From the NCBI GenBank assembly GCA_964016885.1, contig OZ024743.1, positions 290,842,001 through 290,906,000 of the forward strand: 64,000 bases of DNA, read 5' to 3'. The notes under the pieces were generated by a model, which searched no databases, was not told the DNA's origin, and saw only the letters and a list, made by a program, of their open reading frames with translations. The translations under genes were made by a program, and so were the position numbers. Position 1 is the first letter of the stretch, and every line of letters begins with the position of its first letter. Shown here one piece after another: positions 1 through 13,047 of the stretch. The DNA comes from Eledone cirrhosa. Taxonomy: Eukaryota.

Positions 1-330
1 CCCTAATTATCTTTTTCAAGTTTCAGTTGAAGAGGAAAATCAGGGTGGAGAGGCAAGTGCTGCCTTTTAGCAAGTTTGTTGAAAGGTGGGTGAATGTAGC
101 GAGAATGGTCCGAGTTAACGGGACCGCTCTGAATATACGTCTGTAGTTTGAGAAATGGAAAAATTGAGAGCGGGTGCTTGCCCTGGTAGTCAGGGTGGCC
201 GTGGTCTTTTGTGTGGTTTTCGCCGCGAGTAACCCCCGGAGGTTTCCACCCTATTGGGGAATTTTTCATTGTTTCAATTTTCATTTTTATTGTTTAATGT
301 CTTTTTTTCTTTTCTTATATGAATAATTGT

Positions 331-438
331 TTCTACTTTTGGCACAAGGCCAGCATTTAACCAGTACATTACTGGTACTTTATTTTATAGACCCCGTAAG
401 GATGAAAGACAAAGTTAACCTCGACGGGATTGGAACTT
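331..438 (-). mobile_element. Fragment of an octopod-type tRNA-derived SINE
   Basis: The sequence ttctacttttggcacaaggcc...actggtactttattttatagaccccgtaaggatgaaagacaaagttaacctcgacgggattggaact resembles the abundant octopus SINE core. The minus strand begins with a B-box-like gttccaatccc. Recognised from memory, not searched. Confidence 0.55.
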
Positions 439-559
439 ATTTTCTTATATAAATAATAATAATCTTTACACGCACAAAACCCACATCGTACTGTCCTATA
501 CCGTCCTGTGCCGTCTGTAATGTTTTTCTTGATGTCAACACTTGTGGCCAATAAAGAAA

Positions 560-3500
560 TCATTATTGTTCTTTTAGTCTCAGTCATCGATGTTAGTTAA
601 CTGGAAAGTTTGTTGAAATGAATATCAAGCCACTACCTTCAGCCTCAGATATTCAGGACGTATCGGAGGGTTCTTGCTGTTCCCAGCAAGCATGCCTTTT
701 GAAGCGTTCCAAAAACAGCGTGGCAGGGCCAATTTTCTTTATCCATCCCTGGAAACTTTTTGAGATAGTACCTAGTGCGCCTAAGACAATCGGGGCCACT
801 TTGACTTCATGGCAGTTCCAAATCCTTTTTACCTCCCACTTTAAGTCCTGGTATTGGTTAATTTTCTCCCTCTCCTTCTCTTGCACTCTCGTGTCAAAAG
901 GGCAGGCCACATCCACAATCAGCCACGATATTTTTTCTTTGTCCAAAACCACCAGGTCAGGTCTATTGTGTTCCAGTTGTATCCTAAAATCCCACAGCAC
1001 CTCCACCTGATCGTTTTCTATCACCGCCTCTGTCTTATGCTCATACCACTTCTCAGGATGTGGTAAATAGTTTACTTTGCATAGGTGCCAGTGTTTCACC
1101 CTGCCCATCACATCATGTCACCAGCCCTTATAGTGAGTCTGGGCTAGGTATTTACACTCGGATACAATGTGAGCCACAGTCTCTTCTCTCTCTGCACAGA
1201 TCCTGCACAGTGGGCTAGCCTCCTCCTTGTAAATATGGTGTTTCAACCACTTCGTTTTGAGTGTCTGCTCTTGCGCAGCCATTAACATTCCTTCTGTAGC
1301 CTTTTTAAGGTCTCCTCTTTTCAACCAGTTCCATGTCTGTGGATCTCTGAATTCAGTTTTCTCAAAGAAGGTACTATGAAGGGATTTTTCCTGAAGGCTG
1401 CATTTTCTACTTGTTGTTATTTCCTCCTTGGACATCCCTTGGTCTATTGTCCTCGCCTTCAGTACAGTTCTGAGCATTGGCTCCTTACTATCAGTCACGT
1501 AATTGTGTAGGTTGTTTTTCTCCATCTGAACACAGTCCTCTATGCTGATAAGACCTCTTCCACCTTCAGGTCTCCTTAAGTAGAGTCTATCGACATAACT
1601 CCTCTTGTGGAACATGTTGTAGATAGCCAATAGCTTCCTAGTCTTCCTATCCATTTCTTTTTGTTCAGCAACATTCCATCTCAGAATTCCCGCACTGTAC
1701 ATAATAATAGACACAGCTCGGGAATTTACTGCACTTATGGCATTCCTACTGTTCAGATTTTACTTTAATACGCTCCTTACTCTCCTAATGTATTCAGTTC
1801 TTATCAATTCCTTCATTTGTTTGTTCTTGATGTCATCAGCCTCCAGAACACACAAATACTTGTATCCATCTTCAGTGTGAATTTCCTTTATCATCTCACC
1901 TGTTGGTACCTGTATTCCGTTGCTTTTGCTCAATTTACCCCTCTTCATCACAAGGACTCCACACTTACTAATACTAAATTGCATACATATATCATTGCTG
2001 AAAATACGGACAGTGTCAACAAGCAGATCCAACTTCTTCTCACTCTTCCCGAAGAGCTTAAGATCGTCCATGAAGAGGAAGTGTTTGATGGTAAGCTCTC
2101 CTTTCCCAACTTGTATCCTGCTCTCACTTTTCGCAGTATAATGGTCAGGGGCATCAGGGCAAGGACAAACAACAGAGGGGACATACTATCTCCCTGGAAG
2201 ATACCTCTCTTGATCTTCACGCCTTCCAAGGATTCTCCAGCTGATGTTAATTCTGTTTCCCAGGACTTCATACTTTTGCCCAACATCTGTCTAATGTTAT
2301 CTGCCACCTTGAAGATCACTAGGCTTTTGGTGATCCAAGAATGAGGCACTATGTCAAATGCCTTTTTGTAGTCTATCCATCCCATGGCAAGACCAGTGTG
2401 TCTCCTCTTGCAATTCCTCATTACCATCTTATCAATAAGTAACTGGTCCTTTGTACCACGGGACTTCTTTCGGCATCCTTTCTGTTCGTCCGGTAACAAG
2501 TTGTTTGTGTGGAGGTGATGGTAGATTTCCTCAGACATAATGCTTGTCAACAGTTTACAGATTACGGACAGACATGTGATAGGTCTATAGTTGGTAACAT
2601 CATTACCCTTCATTCGGTCTTTCATTTCCAGAACTGTGGTACCTTTTGTCAACCACTCTGGTACCTCACCTGACATCAAGCAGTCATTGAACATGGTTGT
2701 CAGTTTCGGGTGGAGGGATGTTATATTTTTAATCCAATACCCCTGCACACCATCTGGGCCTGGTGATTTCCAGTTGGTTAGTTTTCTGGCCTGCCCCTTA
2801 AGAGTTTCAACTGTGATACTCAAGTCAGTTTGTTGGTGTGACTGTTCACTAATCTCCTTCTGTACTGTCTCAATCCACACTTCCTGGTCATTATGTGTAA
2901 CATCCTGCTCCCATATTCCTCTCCCGAATGTTTTATATTGTTCCGCCTCAGAGATCAAGTCGTTGCCTCTTTCTTTCCCTTCAAGCTGTCCAAACAGCAT
3001 CTTCTGGTTGTTGTCAAACATGCGGTTCTGTCTATACTGACTGACTCTGCTCTCGTATCGCCTAATTTTTGCACTCTTTGCTACAATGCGTTGCTTCAGT
3101 TCCTCTATGATAATATTTAGCTTTTTCCTCCTAATTTTGTACTTTATTTCCAGTCTATTTTTAGTATCTATGTTTTTGAGTGTCCCATTCAGTAGGGACT
3201 CCAGCTTTCCAATGTCATTTCTCATTTCCCTGATTTGACCATTCAGTCGTTTCTTCCACCAAGGTTCTGATTTTTCTTGTTTGTTGTTTCTACTCGCTTT
3301 TATGCCAAGTAATTTCTTCACCGCATTTGCTGTTGCTTTGAGGATATTGTTGCACTGATGAAGGCTCCTCGCCTCAATGGCCGTATCTTTGTTCCAGGTA
3401 TTATTTATTTCAGCATTCAGCTCATTGTCTGCTTCGGATGGTTCCTCCGTTCTCTCAACCTCTTCACCTTCATTCCCACTGGCTCGTTTGCCTGGCATAC

Positions 3501-3880
3501 TCCACTCTCCATCTCCAAGCTAATCTCTCTGCTCAGTTCCTCCAGTTCCAGCTCGCTTATCCACCCATTAGTTCTTATTACCCGAGCCTACCCGACCAAT
3601 TTTTGTTCATCTAATTTAAATAGACCAATCTCGTTCCAGATGTTATGCATCCGTTTCCTATAGCCTTTCTCCTTGGTGGTTACTCTTCAGGTCACATTGC
3701 ATAACAGTTCTATTCAATTATTTCGTCCAGTTGGTTCTGGTCCCTTTACTTCTTCTTCCTCCGACACCAGCATTATTTGGTTGACAGCCATGTCCCTGCT
3801 GCTGAGCCAGCGAGCACCTACTGGGTGAGAGTTTGTCACATGACATTCTCGTCTCCACTTTACCGTTATTCGAATTGTTT
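560..3880 (-). mobile_element. Decayed R4/Dong-type non-LTR retrotransposon (RT plus C-terminal restriction-like endonuclease)
   Basis: Frameshifted ORFs 1948-3498, 1760-2071, 1118-1714 and 653-1111 carry RT motifs (NYRPITCL, WIDYKKAFD, GIFQGDSMSP, MDDLKL), a CCHC knuckle (CRIC...HIVSEC) and the RLE motif RPDLVV...IVDVACPFD. The 3' end is a degenerate (AAT)-like tail. Confidence 0.92.
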
Positions 3881-4265
3881 AGGTTCGACATTTAAACACT
3901 CTTATCGAGGATTGGTGAATGTATGGATACATAATCACCGGTGATTTCATCAGCTCCGGTGATTTCATCACTCCCGGTGATTTTTGTGTGGCACTATTAC
4001 CCTGTAGACGAACATAAATAAACAAACAAATAGGTAAAAAAAAAGAAAAACAAAGAATAAGCATAAGTTTCATGTAAATGTAATGTTTAAATGTCTGACT
4101 TTGTTTTTCCCTTCCCTTCTCTGTCTGTCTGTTTGTTTTTCGTTACAGTTTTCGTTGTTGCTGTGCTGCTTTGATTTTGATTTTGGTGTTCTGATTTTTT
4201 GACCGGGTCATCAAATCAGTCTAATTATATATTTTGATGCCTTTCTCTTTTAGTGGGATGCATGT

Positions 4266-4418
4266 CTTAGCAGGGGGTAGTGGGAGAGAATAGCGACGGT
4301 AGTGATAATGAGGCAGTGGTGGTGGTGATGGTGGGGGTGCTGTGCTAGTAGTACTTAGCAGGAGGTAGTGGGAGAGAATAGCGGCGGTAGCGATAATGAG
4401 GCAGTGGTGGTGGTGATG
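4266..4418. repeat. Imperfect tandem direct repeat, unit about 88 bp
   Basis: cttagcagg(g/a)ggtagtgggagagaatagcg...ataatgaggcagtggtggtggtgatg occurs at about 4266 and about 4354. Confidence 0.75.
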
Positions 4419-5536
4419 TGATCGTAGTACTGTAGTGATGGTGTTGAAGTTGAAGTAGAAATAGAAGTTGAGGTAACTTGACTAGAGTTTTTAGCGTAGT
4501 ATTGGTGGTAGCGTTGGTGGTGAAATTATCTTCTCTGTCCACTTAGCCATTTAAATATTTAGCTATTTAGTCATTTTGCCATTTTCCTCCTTTTCGAATC
4601 TAACATTCCTGATCCAAAATTAAATATTAATATTGTTTATTAATATTGTCAATATTGTCTAGTGATACCGCCCCCTTCCCTTTTCGTATGTTAACAGAAT
4701 GTAATGGGGGAATAGCGGTAGTAGCAATGAAGGAGTGGAGGCGGCGGTGATGGGATAGTGGTAGCAATGATGGATGGAGTGGTGGCGGCGGTGACTATAG
4801 TGATGGCGTTGTCGTTACTGAGTTTTGTTGAATAGACTGTAGTTTGTTTGATCGGTGAATCTATGCGGTTAATCGCGTATGTTTAATATATGTCTTGACA
4901 TATTTTCTTAATATTGGAATTAAACATTTTGTGAAAACTTGAGACAATAATAATAGTAATTATTTTTAATATGCTGGGATTGGTGGTGGTGGTGGTCAAA
5001 TTGCCGTTATCTGGCTGTTGTATTTAGTGTACACAGAGGGGTAATGGGAAAGGTGGTGTATCTAGTTTGTGGTGTTGGTGGAATTGCTGTTATTTGGCTG
5101 TTCTATATAGTGTAGACAGAGGGGGTTTTCTTCCATTTATAACCATTTTCTTTTTTTAATATAAAATGTATAATACAAAATTAAATATTTGAGCGATATA
5201 ACAGAATATTATGGATCCGAATTTTCTGATAGTTGAGTCTGGTGCTTTATGTACCATTTTTACTAAGAATTGCTATTTCACAATTGATTTAAATATGTTA
5301 AAAATCAAAAGCTTACGGGAGCGATTTCATGACCTTCTATCCACCACGTGCGTCTTCTTCCCTATTATTATTATTATTATTATTGTTACTATTATTATTA
5401 CTTTTTTTTCTTTTATTTTTCTCTTTTCCCAATTCAATTATGTTCCAAAACAATATAAAAGAGATAATTGGCAATAAAGGTTCTGGAACAAAGAGATAAT
5501 TGACAATAAGGGCAGGGGCCCCAGGTTATCACAGCC

Positions 5537-6800
5537 TTGGCCTGCTCATTATCGTGCCACTGTAATAGAGCCAAACAAGGCTGCTGGAACGTACGGACGC
5601 TGCTTGACAGGGATTCTTTGGAACGTCCTGAACGAAGGAACGCTCTTGTTGCAAAGGAGCTTCGACGTTACGATCTTGAAATCGTAGCTTTATCTGAGAC
5701 GAGGTTAGCTGGAGTGGTCATCTTACAGAATTTTGTGGAGTATATGTATTCTTCTGGAAAGGAAGAGATGAAGAAACCAGAAGAGATGTTGGGTAGCATT
5801 TGCTGTTAAAACTGTTCTTTTGAATAAATTAGAAGAATTCCCAGTAGGGATTTGTGAGCGTCTTATGTCCATGAGAATTTCGCTGGACAATGCGACTCAG
5901 GTGAGTGTGTATGCTCCAACTATGAATTCTGTCGATGAAGAAAAAGTGTCATTTTACCATGCCTTGAAAGGTTTTTTAAGAAATATCCCTCAGCCAGACA
6001 TAGTCATCGCACTTGGTGGCTTTAACGCTAGAGTGGGTAGGCATATTAACACATGAAATGTAATCGGAAGGCATGGGGTGGGAAAGTTTAACAACAATGG
6101 TATGCTCCTGCTGCAGATGTGTGAGGAGCTGGATCTGTGTGTTACCAACACCATGTTCCAACAAACGAACAAATTTAAGACCACATGGATGCATCCTGTA
6201 TCTAAGGAATGGCATATTTTGGACTACGTCCTAATCAGGATGCGTGACAGACGGGATGTGCAGTGTGTTCGTGCTCTTCGTGGAGATGAGTTCTGGACGG
6301 ACCACCGCCTGGTACGCACAAAAGTGAAACTAATCACTATACGTAAAATCCGGGCTCCTGGTGTTGCCCTGCCCAGAAGATTGAATTCTGCTCGTATTAG
6401 GGATAAAAATGTGAAGAGGACATTGCAAGAAGAGATGCAGGTTGCAGATCACGGTGAGGATTGGCCGACCCTTAAAAAGTCAGTTAATGATGTAGGCAGG
6501 CGTGTTCTGGGATTGGTGGAGGGAAAACATCAAAACTGGTTTAATGAGAATGATGAACATATAGAAGATTTGTTGGCTGATAAGAGGCGTGCTCTGTCAC
6601 GCTACTTGACGGCAAATCCACAGGAGAAGAATAAATGATGTGAAAGGATGTGAAATCACGTGTTAGGCGAAGTCTTTCTCAGATGAAGGATAAGTGGTCT
6701 AGTGAGAAGGCTGATGAGATACAAACTGCTGTTGTACAGTATCTTGTGTGAAGTTTATGGACCGTCTTCCTCTCTGGTGATACCGTTTCGCAGCAAGGAT
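5537..6800 (+). mobile_element. Decayed RTE-clade LINE, 5' part (APE endonuclease)
   Basis: Broken ORFs contain GCWNVRTLLD...IVALSETRL, VSVYAPT, GFNARVG, TTWMHP.SKEWHILDYV and TDHRLV. Multiple stops and frameshifts; truncated before the RT. Confidence 0.88.
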
Positions 6801-6866
6801 TTTGATTATTATTATTGTTTATTATTGTGGGTTTTTTTCTCGTGCTATGGCCATAATTAGGGGGCA

Positions 6867-6872
<6 letters not shown>

Positions 6873-6920
<48 letters not shown>
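6873..6920. repeat. (AT)n microsatellite bordering PLE A
   Basis: Pure AT dinucleotide run. Confidence 0.95.
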
Positions 6921-6923
<3 letters not shown>

Positions 6924-7060
6924 AAGTGTAATTTTCTACACAAAACAAAAGTTATAGAGAAAATTGAGGTTGGTAATGGCACATGGAATATATAAGAGAC
7001 AGAATACTTTTTTGTGAAAAACCATAATTTTATAAGGTAAGGAAATAATAAAGGGTATAA

Positions 7061-7108
7061 AAAATGACCGGTTTCGATGGGTCTGCAAAAGCCATCTTTT
7101 CAAATGTT
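7061..7108 (-). ncRNA. Minimal type I hammerhead motif, U3-A8 core variant (PLE A, left arm)
   Basis: Reverse complement of 11449-11496. Confidence 0.65.
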
Positions 7109-7458
7109 GATTAATATTAAGAAAAATTAATAATACGAAGAGTTAAAATTTGAGACTTGAAAATTCAAGTATAAAATTCATTGTGGGATTTCATAGCAGT
7201 TTTCATCTAGGTAGCAACAACAGGTTGACTGCTGTGTCCCTTTCTGGTAGTGAATGAGAAGTTATTTGGGGTGTGGGTTATTTTATAAAGGTCAGATTTA
7301 GCAATCACCAGCTGGCCAGCTGCTGGTCAGTGAGGGGGTGGAAGCAATATACATACACATATCTTCTTGTGGTGGGTAGGAGAGTGGAGCGTGATAGAAA
7401 GGGATTTAGTGCACTTACACCTATATATACACACATACCTTCATCCACACATACATAC

Positions 7459-7497
<39 letters not shown>

Positions 7498-7562
7498 CAC
7501 ACATACATACACACACACATACATATACATACACACATACACACACACACATATATACACAT

Positions 7563-7612
<50 letters not shown>

Positions 7613-7615
7613 CCC

Positions 7616-7657
<42 letters not shown>

Positions 7658-7756
7658 CAATACATACATCCACATGCACACACATACACACACACACACA
7701 TATACACATACATACACCCACACACAGAGAAATGGCCTTCAAATATATATATATAT

Positions 7757-7994
7757 ATATGAAATATAAGAATCAAAGAACTGTTCAAAACATAATGTTT
7801 TGAACAGTTCTTTGATTCTTATATTTCATATAACTGCTCTGTAAATCATCTGATGTTTTTACATTGAGCTACTTAACTTACTGGTAATAAGGTAGTAATA
7901 CATTACTGCCTACCACTATTTAGGGTGTGTGTAAAATACTTACAACTGCTTAAGGTTTTGTGTTTACATAACCATAAATAGTATAACTAATACT
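7757..7994. mobile_element. Small insertion with a perfect ~37 bp terminal hairpin, nested in an (AT)n tract of the PLE A left arm
   Basis: Arms 7757-7793 and 7795-7831 with a 1-nt loop. The segment is absent from the matching position (~10545-10565) of the right arm. Confidence 0.75.
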
Positions 7995-8308
7995 ATATAT
8001 ATATATATACATACAGACACATATATTTTTTCCATAATATAAGAAGTTGGGGCAGTGAAATTAAAATACAAGTCATTCTGATCACATTGAGTTCTTCATG
8101 TAGATTGGGCCCCGCAACCGACAGTGTTGAATTCTGTGTGCGCATATATATATAGATATATGTGTGTGCACGTGCAGGGTTTAACATGGATGTGTTGGTC
8201 ACACAAAGGCATGGTCTGTCAATGAATAAACCTGATTCTACAGAATTGGTCTCTGGTCTTTAATAGTAGTGATTCCGTGCGTATGTGTGTTTATATTTTA
8301 TGACAATT

Positions 8309-9880
8309 CTATTGGGGTGATAACCCGTTTAGTTTTGGTTTAAATTTGTTAAGGAATAGATTTTCTTTGTTTATTCTTAGTTGCTGTGTGAACGAATCTG
8401 AGCACTTGTAGAAGGGGAAGATTTTAAAGTTGGGTAGTGTCATTCCTGCGCAGTTCGCAATATGGCTGCTCAAGGGGATTTTTCTTGTGTTAGCGTCCCG
8501 GATTTGTTGGCGGTGGATGGTCATCCTTTTGCGTAATGAGGTGCCCGTCTGTCCTATGTAGTTGTGTTGGCACCCACCGCAAGTTATTGCGTAAATCAAG
8601 TTCTCCGAGTTGCAGGTGAAATTGTTTTTTACTGTAAATGTTTGGCCATCTTTGAATGTAAATGTTTGTCCTTCAGTGAGGTAGAGGCACGTTCCACAGT
8701 TTGTTCTACCACATTTGGTAACTGTAGGGTTGAGGATTGGTTTGGGTATATTTGGTCCAGTGAGAATGCGTTTAAGTGATTTGGGTTGTCTTTTACTTTT
8801 AAGGATCTTGTGTGTTTCAAGAATAGACTTCATTTTTGCATCTTTAAGTAGGATGGGGAAGTTTTTGTGTAGGTGATCAAACATTTCGGTATTTCTGGGG
8901 TTGAAAGTGGATACATATGGCAGGGTGTTGAGTGTGGTTTTCTGTTTTGGATTGTTAAGTTGATGGGGATTTAGGTGTTTTGCCCTGTCTATTCCATTGT
9001 TGATTATTTCAAGTGGAAAGGCTCTTAAGATAAGGGTGTCTTTTAGATCCTTTAGTCTTTGCTCCCGTTTAGGTGGATCTGATACTATGGTACATATACG
9101 TTTGGCCAAATTGTAAGGAATGTTAAGTTTTGTATGTTTTGGGTGACTTGATGTGAAAAAGAGGTATTGCTTGGAATCTGTGGGTTTATAGAATATATCT
9201 GTATCTAATTTCCCGTCTATTACAGAGATGAGAATATCCAAGAAGGCTAATTCCTTAGGATTGGATTCCATTGTGAATTGTATGTTATTATCTATGTTGT
9301 TTATCATGTTTTTAAACGTAGTAAGTGAGTTCATGTCTTCTTGCCATAGGATAAAGCAGTCGTCTAGATATCTTTTCCAATTGGCTTTGAGGTGTGTGTG
9401 GAAAGAGTCTCCAAATAAGAGAAGGGACTGACTGTATATTTGTTGTTCATGGAATCCCATGACTAGGTTGGCATATGTGGGTGCTACTTTCGTGCCCATT
9501 GCCGTACCTGATACATGTCTGTATGTTGAACCATTGAATGTGAAGTAGTTATTTTGTAGGATAAAGCGGAGTCCGTCAGTGATAAAATCTGTGTTGATGC
9601 GTGTCGGTATTTCTGATGGGTGTGTGTTAAGCCAGTATTGGACTGCTGTTATTCCATAGTTGTGAGGTATGTTTGTGTAGAGGTTTATTACGTCAAAGGA
9701 GACAAGAATTGTATTTGCACTTACTGTTTTAGGGAGGTGTTTCAGCATGTCAAGGTCATCTCGTATGTAGCTCTGTATATGTTGTAGAAAGGGTTTCAGT
9801 AGGATATCCAGAAAGTTGCTAAGTCTGTGGGTTTCACATGTAGGGCCTGCTATAATTGGCCTGAGTTTTAGGTCTTCTGA
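8309..9880 (-). CDS. PLE A RT plus GIY-YIG endonuclease (N-terminally truncated)
   Basis: Motifs LRPIIAGP, SFDVINLYT, GTAMGT, WKRYLDD, the linker CGRTNCGTC and NLIYAITC..C...YIGQT. The first ~20 residues of the called ORF (to 9943) come from the inversion junction. Confidence 0.9.
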   Translation of the reverse strand, partial: SEDLKLRPIIAGPTCETHRLSNFLDILLKPFLQHIQSYIRDDLDMLKHLPKTVSANTILVSFDVINLYTNIPHNYGITAVQYWLNTHPSEIPTRINTDFITDGLRFILQNNYFTFNGSTYRHVSGTAMGTKVAPTYANLVMGFHEQQIYSQSLLLFGDSFHTHLKANWKRYLDDCFILWQEDMNSLTTFKNMINNIDNNIQFTMESNPKELAFLDILISVIDGKLDTDIFYKPTDSKQYLFFTSSHPKHTKLNIPYNLAKRICTIVSDPPKREQRLKDLKDTLILRAFPLEIINNGIDRAKHLNPHQLNNPKQKTTLNTLPYVSTFNPRNTEMFDHLHKNFPILLKDAKMKSILETHKILKSKRQPKSLKRILTGPNIPKPILNPTVTKCGRTNCGTCLYLTEGQTFTFKDGQTFTVKNNFTCNSENLIYAITCGGCQHNYIGQTGTSLRKRMTIHRQQIRDANTRKIPLSSHIANCAGMTLPNFKIFPFYKCSDSFTQQLRINKENLFLNKFKPKLNGLSPQ

Positions 9881-10244
9881 AGGACAAACATTTACATTCA
9901 AAGATGGCCAAACATTTACAGTAAAAAACAATTTCACCTGCAACTCGGAGAACTTGATTTACGCAATAACTTGCGGTGGGTGCCAACACAACTACATAGG
10001 ACAGACGGGCACCTCATTACGCAAAAGGATGACCATCCACCGCCAACACATCTGGGACGCTAACACAAGAAAAATCCCCTTGAGCAGCCATATTGCGAAC
10101 TGCGCAGGAATGACACTACCCAACTTTAAAATCTTCCCCTTCTACAAGTGCGCAGATTCGTTCACACAGCAACAAAGAATAAACAAAGAAAATCTATTCC
10201 TTAACAAATTTAAACCAAAACTAAACGGGTTATCACCCCAATAG
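9878..10244 (+). pseudogene. Inverted duplicate of the PLE A GIY-YIG C-terminus
   Basis: The translation EGQTFTFKDG...PKLNGLSPQ is nearly identical to the end of the 8309 ORF. Confidence 0.9.
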
Positions 10245-10726
10245 AATTGTCATAAAATATAAACACACATACGCACGGAATCACTACTATTAAAGACCAG
10301 AGACCAATTCTGTAGAATCAGGTTTATTCATTGACAGACCATGCCTTTGTGTGACCAACACATCCATGTTAAACCCTGCACGTGCACACACATATATCTA
10401 TATATATATGCGCACACAGAATTCACCACTGTCGGTTGCGGGGCCCAATCTACATGAAGAACTCAATGTGATCAGAACGACTTGTATTTGAAATTCACTG
10501 CCCCAACTTCTTATATTATGGAAAAAATATATGTGTCTGTATGTATATATATATATATATATATTTGAAGGCCATTTCTCTGTGTGTGGGTGTATGTATG
10601 TGTATATGTGTATGTGTATGTGTATGTGTGTGCATGTGGATGTATGTATTGTGTGTGCATGTGTGTGTGTGTGTGTATGTATGTGGGTATCTGGATGTAT
10701 GCGTATGTGTATATATATATATATGC

Positions 10727-10757
<31 letters not shown>

Positions 10758-10852
10758 TGTGTGTATGTGTGTATATATATGTGTGTGTGTGTGTATGTTT
10801 GTATGTGTGTATGTATATATATATATGTGTGTGTGTGTATGTATGTGTGGGG

Positions 10853-10904
<52 letters not shown>

Positions 10905-10943
10905 ATGTATGTGTGTATCTGGATGTATGTGTATGTATATATA

Positions 10944-10988
<45 letters not shown>

Positions 10989-11448
10989 ATGTGTATATAT
11001 GTGTGTGTGTGTACGTGTGTATGTATATGTATGTGTGTGTGTATGTATGTGTGTATATGTATATATATATATATATATATGTATATGTATATGTATATGT
11101 ATGTATGTGTGGATGAAGGTATGTGTGTATATATAGGTGTAAGTGCACTAAATCCCTTTCTATCACGCTCCACTCTCCTACCCACCACAAGAAGATATGT
11201 GTATGTATATTGCTTCCACCCCCTCACTGACCAGCAGCTGGCCAGCTGGTGATTGCTAAATCTGACCTTTATAAAATAACCCACACCCCAAATAACTTCT
11301 CATTCACTACCAGAAAGGGACACAGCAGTCAACCTGTTGTTGCTACCTAGATGAAAACTGCTATGAAATCCCACAATGAATTTTATACTTGAATTTTCAA
11401 GTCTCAAATTTTAACTCTTCGTATTATTAATTTTTCTTAATATTAATC

Positions 11449-11496
11449 AACATTTGAAAAGATGGCTTTTGCAGACCCATCGAAACCGGTCATTTT
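11449..11496 (+). ncRNA. Minimal type I hammerhead motif, U3-A8 core variant (PLE A, right arm)
   Basis: aacat-UUGAAAA-gaugg(11 nt)ccauc-GAAA-c cg g-UC-auuuu. Stem III is the palindrome ACCGGU; stem I is imperfect. Confidence 0.65.
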
Positions 11497-11760
11497 TTAT
11501 ACCCTTTATTATTTCCTTACCTTATAAAATTATGTTTTTTCACAAAAAAGTATTCTGTCTCTTATATATTCCATGTGCCATTACCAACCTCAATTCTCTC
11601 TCTCTATATATATATATATATATTAGAAAGTGAGGTTTTTTTTACAAAATGAAAAATAACCGAGGTGTCCTACACGAGTGGAAGTATAAAGAAAAAGGGA
11701 TGAAATCGAAAATGCAACTGAAGTCTTATTTTTTAAAAAAATATATATATTTATTTGGTT

Positions 11761-11798
11761 CCTTTACCGGTTTCGCAGTTCTTCTGCTTTTCAAAAGG
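11761..11798 (-). ncRNA. Minimal type I hammerhead, U3-A8 variant (PLE B, inverted arm)
   Basis: Exact reverse complement of 13048-13085. Confidence 0.78.
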
Positions 11799-12316
11799 TG
11801 AGTTGAGATGGAGGGTCTGTGGTTTTTCTCACATCTGGTTGGTCTCTAAATGTTACTTGTTTTATATGGAAAAAGTGGCTCGAAAACCAGGTTTTTCGAG
11901 AAGTAATTTGATTGGTTTGTCAATAATTATAATAAATTTCGCGCCAGTTCGCGTTACAACAGTTCTTCAAATAAGAGAGAGGGGGGGGGGGGGGTGTCAC
12001 AGGTTGTTTTTTCATATATGAGTGTTTGAATTTCTTTTTACTTGAAAAAATGAGGCTCACGAAGGCTTTTTTTTGGTTGGTTATAAATGAAATTTGGCTG
12101 TCACGTGAACAAGTTTTCATTACATTTTTGCGCCCTTATTTGGAAAACTATTCTGTAGTCTTTATAGTGAATGTTATGACAATGGAGAGATAGTGGTCAA
12201 GGGAAAAGGGATTGGGAGAAATGTTCTGGTTCAGTGAATATTGTCAGCTGTCAGAGTTCAGGTGTCAGAGTTCAGATTTTCTATTGAGACTGAAGATATG
12301 TGTTTATTTGTGTGCT

Positions 12317-12349
<33 letters not shown>

Positions 12350-13047
12350 ATGTGTGTATTGGAAGATGATTCTATTAGTAGAGATGGGGGAGGGAGTTGT
12401 GTGTGTGTGTATATGGGTGTTATGTGTGTGTGTGCGAGTATGTTAGATAGAGAGAATATATATTTTGTGTGTGTGTATATATATATGTGTGTAGGAAAGT
12501 GGTTCTATTAGTAGAAATGGGGAGTGTGTTGTAGGTGTGAGGGTTGTTATGTGTGTGTATGGGTGTTATGTGTGTGGGAGTATGGTTAGCATGTTAAGAT
12601 GAAGAGAATATATATATATATATTGTGTGTGTGTGTATGTGTGTGTGTAGGAAAATGATTCCTTTAGTAGGAATATTTTTGAATGAACATATTTTCCTGA
12701 CTTTTTCGTGTTTGCTGTTGTATTGCCAGTGCAAATAAGGTTTATTTAGTTCGGGTTTTTATTTTCTAAAGTAGAAGGTGTTATGTGTGTGTGTGTATGT
12801 CATATTGTAAAAAGAAATTCAAACACTCATATATGAAAAAACAACCTGTGACAACCCCCCCCCCCTCTCTCTTATTTGAAGAACTATTGTAACGCGAACT
12901 GGCGCGAAATTTATTATAATCATTGACAAACCAATCAAATTACTTCTCGAAAAACCTGGTTTTCGAGCCACTTTTTCCATATAAAACAAGTAAAATTTAG
13001 AGACCAACCAGATGTGAGAAAAACCACAGACCCTCCATCTCAACTCA

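Larger units (their letters stand above)
6921..11600 (-). mobile_element. PLE A: 5'-truncated Penelope-like (Neptune-like) element with a ~1.7 kb inverted copy of its 3' end
   Basis: The minus-strand RT-GIY-YIG ORF ends at 8309. Segment ~9878-11598 is the reverse complement of ~6960-8675. (AT)n lies on both sides. Confidence 0.93.

Noticed and set aside
3-284. 93-aa minus-strand ORF at the window edge
   Set aside because: No recognisable motif. It may be the 5' end of another retroelement but cannot be supported from this window.
3936-3982. Three copies of ccggtgattt with 18-bp period, superficially CRISPR-like or operator-like
   Set aside because: Simple minisatellite with no unique spacers, in a eukaryotic context with no cas genes.
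7273-7803. Long ORFs rich in YI/HT/CV dipeptides (also at 10511-11284, 34633-34969, 56563-57020 and elsewhere)
   Set aside because: They are translations of (AT)n/(CA)n microsatellites, which lack stop codons, and are not genes.
6960-11598. Long inverted repeats as assembly chimeras or DNA-transposon TIRs
   Set aside because: The arms differ by substitutions, microsatellite length and a nested insertion, have unequal ends, and include RT-element coding sequence. This fits PLE inversion structures.
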